Assembly: GCA_037131105.1 (NCBI GenBank)
Contig: JBAXRQ010000001.1
Location: forward strand, 322,039 to 386,038
DNA from: a bacterium
GTDB lineage: Bacteria > Patescibacteriota > UBA1384 > CAILIB01
Length of the DNA: 64,000 nucleotides
Direction: 5' to 3'
The notes under the pieces are model-generated. The model ran no database searches. It was not told the DNA's origin and was given only the letters and a program-made list of their open reading frames with translations. The translations under genes and the position numbers were made by a program. Shown here one piece after another: positions 56,846 through 64,000 of the stretch. The number at the start of each line of letters is the position of its first letter. Positions within the stretch are counted from its first letter, which is position 1.

Positions 56846-56890
56846 TGGAAAAGGATCGGTCGCCGCAAGGCGTGCCGGTCCTCTTCTTTT
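56846..56890 (+). terminator. Terminator, repeat copy 2
   Basis: Same 19-nt start as copy 1. Confidence 0.7.
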
Positions 56891-56924
56891 TATCTGCTCC
56901 TACATATTCTGCTAGAGTAATGGT

Positions 56925-57512
56925 ATGGACACAGCCGAGACCCACAAGGACCTGCCAGTACTTACCTTTGCCACTGTCGACCAGTGGGAGGAATGGCTGG
57001 CAGCTAGCCACACCCAGACCACGGGCGTCTGGATAAAATTCGCCAAGAAAGCCTCGGGCCACACTACCGTCACCTATATAGAAGCTAGGGACACGGCCCT
57101 GATGTACGGCTGGGTCGACGGGCTGGTGAATGCCTACGACGAGAAGTTCTACGTGACCCGGTTTATGTCGCGCCGGCCCAAGAGCACCTGGTCCAAGATC
57201 AACAAAGGGGTGGCCGAGCAGCTTATAAAGGAAGGGAAGATGCAGCCGGCAGGACTCAAAGAGGTGGAGCGGGCCAAGGCGGACGGACGCTGGGACGCCG
57301 CCTATGATCCGCAGAGCAGCATGGAAGTGTCTGATGAGTTTAGTCAGGCCCTGGACAAGAATCCGGCGGCGGCTGAGCAGTTTGCTGCAATCTCCAAGGC
57401 CAACCGCTATGCCTTCCTGTACCGTCTGCATCACGCCAAGCGGGCAGAGACGAAGGTGTCCCTTATTGAAAGGTTCGTGGAGATGCTAGCGGCCGGGGAG
57501 ACGTTTCACTAG
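56925..57512 (+). CDS. YdeI/OmdA-associated family protein
   Basis: WEEWL..H, ALMYGWVDG, RRPKSTWSKIN, GKMQPAG, AKRAET. Confidence 0.88.
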   Translation: MDTAETHKDLPVLTFATVDQWEEWLAASHTQTTGVWIKFAKKASGHTTVTYIEARDTALMYGWVDGLVNAYDEKFYVTRFMSRRPKSTWSKINKGVAEQLIKEGKMQPAGLKEVERAKADGRWDAAYDPQSSMEVSDEFSQALDKNPAAAEQFAAISKANRYAFLYRLHHAKRAETKVSLIERFVEMLAAGETFH

Positions 57513-57522
57513 TCAATAACAC

Positions 57523-57984
57523 ATGTCTATGTTTAAAGAAGGCACGGGTTTCTCAGCTGGAGGAGCAGAAGTCGGACCTGAGGCATTTGAGGAGCATATT
57601 CAGGGACTTGCTGATGATTTTGAGGTGGAAGAGGAGTGGACCTCGCGCTTGAATCCTGATGTTATCCGAAGAGACCTTGAGGACGCTTCGATTATTATTA
57701 GCCAAGGCACAGGCGGCGTCGACCGTACCATGAATATACCCTTAGAAAGCGCTCGTCGAGCAGTCGCCCAAGAAATAATAGAAGTAGGCAGCGGAGCTGG
57801 CGGCTTTGTGCAGGACTATATGAGGCACGCTGCCAACAGTGCAAAAAAGAGCGCCTTGGTAAAAGGCACCATAGTCGACTGGGTGCATTCAGTACTGCCT
57901 GAGGCGGACTATGACGGCGACAACATTAGTGAGGGCGGTGCTGCTTACTGGGCAGGCCGTGGACAGATCCGCAGCGGGGATTGA
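57523..57984 (+). CDS. Hypothetical protein
   Basis: 153-aa acidic ORF co-oriented with neighbours. Confidence 0.55.
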   Translation: MSMFKEGTGFSAGGAEVGPEAFEEHIQGLADDFEVEEEWTSRLNPDVIRRDLEDASIIISQGTGGVDRTMNIPLESARRAVAQEIIEVGSGAGGFVQDYMRHAANSAKKSALVKGTIVDWVHSVLPEADYDGDNISEGGAAYWAGRGQIRSGD

Positions 57985-58036
57985 TAGTAGTCATTCACGC
58001 GCGCAGCTGCTTAGATAATCAAATAACCCATTGCAT

Positions 58037-58345
58037 ATGACCATTAATGAATTTCAGCAGCATGCAGTCGGCACCGTGGCAATTACCGAAAAAGGAATCC
58101 CGGCTCTTACCCATCGCACCTTGGGCTTGACCGGAGCGGCTGGCATCATCGCCAATGAGACCAAGAAGGTGATCCGCGACAAGGCAGGCGTGGCTGACTC
58201 TGAGGACATGGAGGTGGTGAAAAAGCGGCTAGGAGACGTGCTGTACTACGCGGCAGTTCTGGCCGATTACTACGGCCTCTCGCTCTCCGAGGTCGCCGAG
58301 CAGAACATGGAGCAGTCCACTGCCTTTAAGGCGGATAGGGCCTAA
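58037..58345 (+). CDS. MazG-like NTP pyrophosphohydrolase with degenerate acidic motif
   Basis: NEFQQ.A..T, LGLTGAAG, KKVIRD, RLGDVLYY. Confidence 0.8.
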   Translation: MTINEFQQHAVGTVAITEKGIPALTHRTLGLTGAAGIIANETKKVIRDKAGVADSEDMEVVKKRLGDVLYYAAVLADYYGLSLSEVAEQNMEQSTAFKADRA

Positions 58346-58408
58346 CAAAGACAAACAGCCCCCGTCGTGAGACGGGAGCTGCTGTTATGCCGGACTGGAT
58401 ACCGGGAC

Positions 58409-59287
58409 TCACTGCGGGAGTGAGTCGAACAAATTCTTGGCGACACGGGCGGCCTCTTCGTTGCGCCGGGCGATGGTCCATGGCAGTGCGAAGAGGGTCT
58501 TCAGCATGCCGTAAATGTCGGACCATCCCATCTCCACTACCACTTCAGTGGCTTCACAGCCGGCGGCGAAGAGTAGTTCGATGGCTTTCCAGAAGGGATG
58601 GTTCTTACCGCCTGTCCGGAAATACCCCCAGTCCTTCTTTGCCTTGATCTGCCAGTGGATGATCTTGACCCACTTGGCTAGCAAGGCGGCTTGCTCCGGT
58701 GTCCAGCCCAGGTCAACTAGGATGTGGTGGGTGTCATACACCAGCCCTATCTGTCGGCCTTCTGCTTCCCATTTCTCGATCTGGGCGATCAGCGCTTCGG
58801 GACTTTCCCCGAGTGCTCCGAGATGAGGACTGACCTCAATGAGTTGGAGTGGACCCGCCGGTACCAGATCGATCTCGTAGGGACAGTGCACGATCTCTCG
58901 GACGTCGTCCTTTCGATTCTGGCTGTACCACTGGTTGGCAGACTCCTCATCGATGAAGGCGACAATCGCCATCTGGATGATACGGACCTCCGCGTTCAGT
59001 GCCTTCGGAAGCCGGTACATGATACCGCCTGCCGTCCGGTCATAGAGCCTGCCCGTATGGAATCTGAAGCCGTTTGGGACACTCCTTACCAGCTGGGCAA
59101 AAGGTTTCTCCATCAGTGCCGGCTTGGCGCTTCTGGGAAACCCGCGCACTGGCATGTCCTGTACTCCGTCCCAGGTGCGATTGAACACATCCTGGAGCTG
59201 AGAGTACCATTCCATCGCCCTAAAGAGCATCGTCCACACCCCCAGATAATTGAGGACTGACGAATATAGCTTAATTTCTCTTTTCAT
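58409..59287 (-). CDS. Hypothetical TIM-barrel protein (sugar-phosphate isomerase/epimerase-like)
   Basis: LIEV, YDTHH, IIHWQ, VVVE; SD gaaaggga; TTGACA...TACACT promoter. Confidence 0.55.
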   Translation of the reverse strand: MKREIKLYSSVLNYLGVWTMLFRAMEWYSQLQDVFNRTWDGVQDMPVRGFPRSAKPALMEKPFAQLVRSVPNGFRFHTGRLYDRTAGGIMYRLPKALNAEVRIIQMAIVAFIDEESANQWYSQNRKDDVREIVHCPYEIDLVPAGPLQLIEVSPHLGALGESPEALIAQIEKWEAEGRQIGLVYDTHHILVDLGWTPEQAALLAKWVKIIHWQIKAKKDWGYFRTGGKNHPFWKAIELLFAAGCEATEVVVEMGWSDIYGMLKTLFALPWTIARRNEEAARVAKNLFDSLPQ

Positions 59288-59500
59288 GTTATTCCCTTTC
59301 GACACTGCCTTCTCGGCACTAATGTCCGCCGCAGTGTAGCATAAAACCCCCAACCTGTCAATCAGGTAAGGAAAAAGGCCCGGCGTCGCCGCCAGAATAA
59401 TACAAGAAGAAAGTATGCTAACAACCTTACCCTTGACGACTTTGCTATGATGAATAGAGAGTCCTGCCATTGGCGGGGTATGTACTAATCTGGAGGCACC

Positions 59501-59686
59501 ATGAACAACAAAACCGTGTGGTACGTTGTCGGGGGGTTTGTAGCAGGAGTTCTGGTCGGATCCTGGATAGTAGGCGCCCAGTACCGGGGCATGGGCGGCA
59601 TGTGGGATGATATGATGCATCACACTACCTATTACGGGGCTACCCGGACCTCCAGCGGCGGCACCATGATGATCATCAGGAACTAA
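59501..59686 (+). CDS. Small single-TM protein with Met/His-rich tail
   Basis: SD ggagg; TM then GMGGMWDDMMHH; upstream of the permease. Confidence 0.6.
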   Translation: MNNKTVWYVVGGFVAGVLVGSWIVGAQYRGMGGMWDDMMHHTTYYGATRTSSGGTMMIIRN

Positions 59687-59695
59687 GCTTCTCGC

Positions 59696-60829
59696 ATGTC
59701 TGTTCTAAACGAGCTTTTGCACGCCCTTTCCATGGCGTTTGCCATGTTCTGGGAGATCTTCTGGGCCCTGGCCCTGGGATTTCTGCTGTCCGCCGTGGTG
59801 CAGGCGGTGGTCTCCAAGGGTGAGATGGGTCGGCTGCTACCGGACTCCTCACTGAAAAGCCTTTGGCGGGCCTCCTGGCTGGGAGCGGCTTCGTCGTCCT
59901 GTTCATATGCCGCAGTAGCTATCGCCCGGTCCATGGTGGCCAAGGGAGCCGACTTTACCGCCGCCTTCGCCTTTGAGTTTGCCTCCACCAACCTGGTCAT
60001 CGAGCTGGGGATCATCCTCTGGCTGCTGCTGGGCTGGCAGTTTGCGGTGGCTGAGTACGTGAGCGGCTTCCTGATGATCCTCATACTTTCCGGACTGTTC
60101 CGGGTCTTTCTAAAGCCTGGCCTAATGAAGGAGGCAGTAGCCCAAGCGCAGCAGGTAAGCGGCGGCGGGCATGAAGGGCATGGCATGGGTGAGGAGACGA
60201 GGGACGTCTGGTACCGCCGTCTGCTTTCGGGCGAGGGACTGACCTCGGTGAGCCGCTACTTCGTGATGGACGTCTCCATGCTCTGGAAGGAGATTATGGC
60301 AGGGCTGCTGATAACCGGGGCGCTCTCGGCCTGGGTGCCGCAGTCGTTCTGGCAGCATTTCTTCCTGGCCGGTGAGTCGGGGGTGGGGCCGGCAGTCTGG
60401 GGAGCGGTGGTAGGACCCTTGGTGGCCATGCTGTCCTTTGTCTGCTCAATAGGGAACGTGCCTCTGGCGGCGGTGCTGTGGAACGGGGGCATCAGCTTTG
60501 CCGGGGTCATCTCATTTATCTTCGCCGACCTGCTGATCCTGCCCATACTTTCTATATATAGGAAGTACTACGGGATGAAGATGGCGGTGTTCCTGGCGGC
60601 AATGTCATACCTGGCCATGGTGCTGGCCGGGCTGGTGACGGAAGCGGCGTTTCGGCTGCTCGGACTAGTGCCCAGTACGCGGCAGGCCTTGGTGCTGGAG
60701 GCGCACATAGGGTGGAATTATACCAGCGTGCTGAATGCGGTGTTTGTGGTTGGGGTGGCGGTGCTGGTGTGGAGGAATGCACGGGCGGGGAAGGGGGAGG
60801 AGCATTGTGAGCATCACGGGCACCACTGA
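59696..60829 (+). CDS. DUF318/ArsP-type permease with His-rich loops
   Basis: GAASSSCSYAA, ASTNLVIELG, SFVCSIGNVP, HEGH and HCEHHGHH. Confidence 0.85.
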   Translation: MSVLNELLHALSMAFAMFWEIFWALALGFLLSAVVQAVVSKGEMGRLLPDSSLKSLWRASWLGAASSSCSYAAVAIARSMVAKGADFTAAFAFEFASTNLVIELGIILWLLLGWQFAVAEYVSGFLMILILSGLFRVFLKPGLMKEAVAQAQQVSGGGHEGHGMGEETRDVWYRRLLSGEGLTSVSRYFVMDVSMLWKEIMAGLLITGALSAWVPQSFWQHFFLAGESGVGPAVWGAVVGPLVAMLSFVCSIGNVPLAAVLWNGGISFAGVISFIFADLLILPILSIYRKYYGMKMAVFLAAMSYLAMVLAGLVTEAAFRLLGLVPSTRQALVLEAHIGWNYTSVLNAVFVVGVAVLVWRNARAGKGEEHCEHHGHH

Positions 60830-60886
60830 GGTGCGTTATAAGAAGAAACCTGCTAGGATTTGAGTATCTAGCCCTTCCTTCCCCCT

Positions 60887-62332
60887 ATGTTCGAACAGGC
60901 CTTCAAACGCATCGACGACGTGCTCCGTAAGGATGCTGGTGCCTCCAGTGAGCTTGACTATGTTGAGCAGACCTCCTGGATCTTATTCCTCAAATATCTG
61001 GACGACTTGGAGAAGGACAAGTCTACCGAGGCAGCTTTGGCCGGCAAGGACTACAAGGCCATCATCGCCCCCGAATACCGCTGGGAAGTCTGGGCGGCTC
61101 CCAAGACTGCAGACGGCAAGCTTGACCACCATAAGGCGCTTTCCGGTGATGACCTGCGGGACTTCGTCGACCTGCAGCTTTTCCCGTACCTAAAGAAGTT
61201 CAAGAGCGAGGCCGAGGGCCCGGATACCATCGAGTACAAGATCGGGGAGATCTTTAGCGAGATCAAGAACAAGATCCAGAGCGGCTACACCCTGCGGGAG
61301 ATTCTGGACGTGGTGGACGACATGCGGTTCCGCTCCCAGGCCGAGAAGCACGAGCTTTCCAGCCTCTACGAGGGCAAGATCAAGAACATGGGCAACGCCG
61401 GCAGGAACGGCGGTGAGTACTATACGCCCCGGCCTTTGATCAAGACCATTGTTAAAGTGGTGGATCCCAAGATTGGTGACACTATCTATGACGGAGCCGT
61501 CGGCTCGGCTGGCTTCTTGGTGGAGGCCTACGAATACCTCAGGAGCAGCCGCAAGCTCTCTACCGAGGATGTCCAGACCCTGCAGAAGAAGACCTTCTAC
61601 GGCAAGGAGAAGAAGTCGCTGGCCTATATCATTGGGATCATGAACATGATTTTGCACGGCATCGAGGCTCCCAATATCCTGCATACCAATACCCTGGCCG
61701 AGAATCTGGCCGACATCCAGGAGAAGGACCGTTACGATGTAGTGCTGGCCAATCCGCCGTTTGGCGGCAAGGAGCGGACCGAGGTGCAGCAGAACTTCCC
61801 GATCAAGACGGGGGAGACTGCATTTCTTTTCCTGCAGCACTTCATCAAGATCATGAAGGCAGGCGGCAAGGGCGGCATCGTCATCAAGAACACCTTTCTT
61901 TCAAATACTGACAATGCCTCGGTTTCGCTGCGCAAGTATCTATTGGAAGGTTGTAACCTGCATACGGTGCTGGATCTGCCTGGTGGTGCATTCGTGGGGG
62001 CAGGTGTGAAGACGGTCGTACTGTTCTTTGAGAAAGGGGCACCTACCAAGAAGATCTGGTATTACCAGCTGAACCCGGGAAGAAACCTAGGGAAGACGAA
62101 TCCGCTGAATGAGAAGGACTTGACGGAGTTTGTGGAGTTACAGAAGACGAAGGGGGATAGTGAGAATTCGTGGAGTGTGGGAGTGAGGGATCTTAACAGG
62201 GAGACCTGGGATCTGTCAGTGAGGAACCAAGATGCACTCAAGGGAGTCGCCATACGAGACCCAGAGATGATTATAAAAGAGATAAGGATTCTGGATGAAA
62301 AAATCAGGGCTACTCTTGAGAGTATTATATGA
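60887..62332 (+). CDS. hsdM: Type I restriction-modification N6-adenine methyltransferase
   Basis: WILFLKYL, GEYYTPR, YDGAVGSAGF, NMILHG, NPPF. Confidence 0.95.
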   Translation: MFEQAFKRIDDVLRKDAGASSELDYVEQTSWILFLKYLDDLEKDKSTEAALAGKDYKAIIAPEYRWEVWAAPKTADGKLDHHKALSGDDLRDFVDLQLFPYLKKFKSEAEGPDTIEYKIGEIFSEIKNKIQSGYTLREILDVVDDMRFRSQAEKHELSSLYEGKIKNMGNAGRNGGEYYTPRPLIKTIVKVVDPKIGDTIYDGAVGSAGFLVEAYEYLRSSRKLSTEDVQTLQKKTFYGKEKKSLAYIIGIMNMILHGIEAPNILHTNTLAENLADIQEKDRYDVVLANPPFGGKERTEVQQNFPIKTGETAFLFLQHFIKIMKAGGKGGIVIKNTFLSNTDNASVSLRKYLLEGCNLHTVLDLPGGAFVGAGVKTVVLFFEKGAPTKKIWYYQLNPGRNLGKTNPLNEKDLTEFVELQKTKGDSENSWSVGVRDLNRETWDLSVRNQDALKGVAIRDPEMIIKEIRILDEKIRATLESII

Positions 62333-63414
62333 GTAAAGATGAAATAACAACCCAAACTCTTAAGGAGGGGGTGGCAAAGACTTCTACAATTAAACTAGGC
62401 AAAACGCCCGAGACTCGCATTACGTTTGAGGCACTAATCCATGAGAAGGGAGTGTCAGGCAAAATAATAAAGTACAAAAAAGATCGAAAAAGTGATTGGG
62501 ATAACCTCCAGAAAAGTGACTTTAGTAGTCATGCGCTGGATGTAATGGAGAAAGTGGAAATCCCAGTTTCTACCGATGAATTGTTAAAATTAATTACTGA
62601 AATTCAACTTAGATATAGAATCGCTGAAGGAGGAGTTAAGTCGGGTATACATTCATATATACCAGTCGAAAAAGACAGCTTTGTGCTTATTGATAATGAG
62701 AACATCAAGCAAATATTGGAGAGTGTCTTAATAAAAGGCTACTCAGATGATTTTTGGCAGTTGCTTTCCGCCTCTGAGCCAGACTTGGCAAATAGACTAT
62801 CGGCGGGTCAACTGCAACTTCAAAGGGAAAAAATTGTAAAAGATTTAGAGCGGCGTTTACTTTTAAGGTTTTCAGAAACAAACGGTAATGACTCGTGGCA
62901 AAGATGGATTCATGCGAATAACTGGTTATTTGGAATCAATTATCAAAAGCCTATCGAAAAAGAAAAAATAAATATTTCCGGTGTTATGCCAGACTTTCTT
63001 TTTCCAACAGTGGATGGGTTCATCGACATTCTGGAAATTAAACTTCCAGAAGATGAGGTGATTTCCTCAGATGGTAGCCATCAGGGTGCTTGGAAATGGA
63101 CGGCGGCGAGCAATACAGCGATTGGCCAGGTTGTAAACTATCTTTCTGAGATAGATCGTATGAGTTCTGAAATAGAAAACAATATTCGGAGAAAATACGA
63201 GCTGGAAGTTTCTTGCTTGAAGCCCCGAGCACACATTCTAATAGGAAACTCTCAGGATTGGAAAATGGAAAAAAAAGAGGGCTTAAGAAAGCTGAATCAT
63301 TCACTCCACGGAATAGAGGTAATAACATATTTCGATCTTATCCAGCGCGGCAAGAGTTTTTCAAAAAGCCCGGTTGCTGGTGTTCGAACAGATATTGATA
63401 ATTTGCTCTCCTAA
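62329..63414 (+). CDS. Shedu (SduA / DUF4263)-like PD-(D/E)xK nuclease
   Basis: WQ.W...N.WLFG, PDFL, ILEIK.P, AIGQVVNY, PRAHILIG, IEVITY.DL. Confidence 0.8.
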   Translation: MSKDEITTQTLKEGVAKTSTIKLGKTPETRITFEALIHEKGVSGKIIKYKKDRKSDWDNLQKSDFSSHALDVMEKVEIPVSTDELLKLITEIQLRYRIAEGGVKSGIHSYIPVEKDSFVLIDNENIKQILESVLIKGYSDDFWQLLSASEPDLANRLSAGQLQLQREKIVKDLERRLLLRFSETNGNDSWQRWIHANNWLFGINYQKPIEKEKINISGVMPDFLFPTVDGFIDILEIKLPEDEVISSDGSHQGAWKWTAASNTAIGQVVNYLSEIDRMSSEIENNIRRKYELEVSCLKPRAHILIGNSQDWKMEKKEGLRKLNHSLHGIEVITYFDLIQRGKSFSKSPVAGVRTDIDNLLS

Positions 63415-63416
63415 TT

Positions 63417-64000
63417 ATGGCCTGGACGAAACTAACATTAGGGGAAGTTTGTGAAACGATGTTTCGAGGAGCCTCTCCTATATATTCTGAGAAAGCTGGC
63501 GTTTATGTTTTAAATCAAAAATGTATTCGCAATCATGTAATAGATTACTCATTCGCGAGGATGCATGATGCTGAGGCTAAGCCACCAAAAAGTTGGCAAT
63601 ATATCCGGACAGGAGATGTCTTGGTTAACTCCACAGGTACGGGTACCTTGGGAAGGCTGGCTCAAGTGGATGCTTCTCCACTTGTGGCGGTTGTTGACTC
63701 ACATATTACAGTGATTAGGCCAAAGAAGGGTTCTTTTGATGATGATTTCTTCGGGTGGCTGCTTAGGGGGGCTGAAGAAGAGATAGCATCAAAAGGTGAG
63801 GGTGCAAGTGGGCAGACTGAGTTGTCTCGTAGTGCTTTGAGTAATGTCATAATATCCTTTCCTGAGTCAATAAAGGAGCAGAATAGAGTTGTGAACATAT
63901 TGGGTAACGCTTTCCAGAAGCTGGATAGAGCTAAATCTGATATAGAAATGAATCTCCGGAATACGCGTGAGATATTTGATGTCTGCGTTCAAAATTATTT
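63417..64000 (+). CDS. hsdS: Type I R-M specificity subunit (partial, runs off window)
   Basis: MAWTKLTLGEVC, RGASP, GDVLVNSTGTGTLGR, P.SIKEQNRVV.IL. Confidence 0.9.
   Translation, partial: MAWTKLTLGEVCETMFRGASPIYSEKAGVYVLNQKCIRNHVIDYSFARMHDAEAKPPKSWQYIRTGDVLVNSTGTGTLGRLAQVDASPLVAVVDSHITVIRPKKGSFDDDFFGWLLRGAEEEIASKGEGASGQTELSRSALSNVIISFPESIKEQNRVVNILGNAFQKLDRAKSDIEMNLRNTREIFDVCVQNY

Noticed and set aside
60868-60886. attR duplicate of the tRNA-Gln 3' end
   Set aside because: cccttccttccccc is only a loose pyrimidine match to tccttcctccccagcca
1-64000. Alternative genetic code 25 (TGA=Gly)
   Set aside because: Conserved genes are full length in code 11, and some (folD, rnhB, hsdM) end at TGA

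Overview
This is a GC-rich chromosomal segment that reads in genetic code 11. The lineage is most likely Patescibacteria (CPR); this is inferred from the giant VirB6/TrbL-like membrane protein, the shortened ThrS, PriA and LspA, and the gene content. From 1 to ~43.6 kb it is mostly housekeeping: nrdA 3' end, radC, folD-glyA-thrS, rplY, uvrB, trmD, khpA, rpsP, fmt-def-priA-pyrG, der, lepB-lgt-lspA, rplT-rpmI-infC, uvrA, rnhB, RNase P RNA and tRNA-Gln. After tRNA-Gln comes an accessory region: S8 protease, FicTA pair, beta-barrel-like protein, orphan histidine kinase, PlsC-HAD fusion, sigma4/alphaCTD fusion, and a type I R-M locus with an inserted Shedu-like nuclease. Highlights: (1) a 516-aa LAGLIDADG+XRE-HTH intein in the Walker A motif of UvrB; (2) two 31-bp repeats behind rnpB that copy its 3' P1 strand; (3) four long hairpin/MITE-like elements, each abutting a stop codon; (4) promoter-driven ORF-less structured RNA candidates at 18.4 and 24.4 kb; (5) many genes with a -10 box exactly 6 nt before ATG (leaderless), while orphan small proteins carry strong Shine-Dalgarno sites; (6) several enzymes with degenerate catalytic motifs. 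All calls come from motif recognition by eye; no database searches or folding programs were run.
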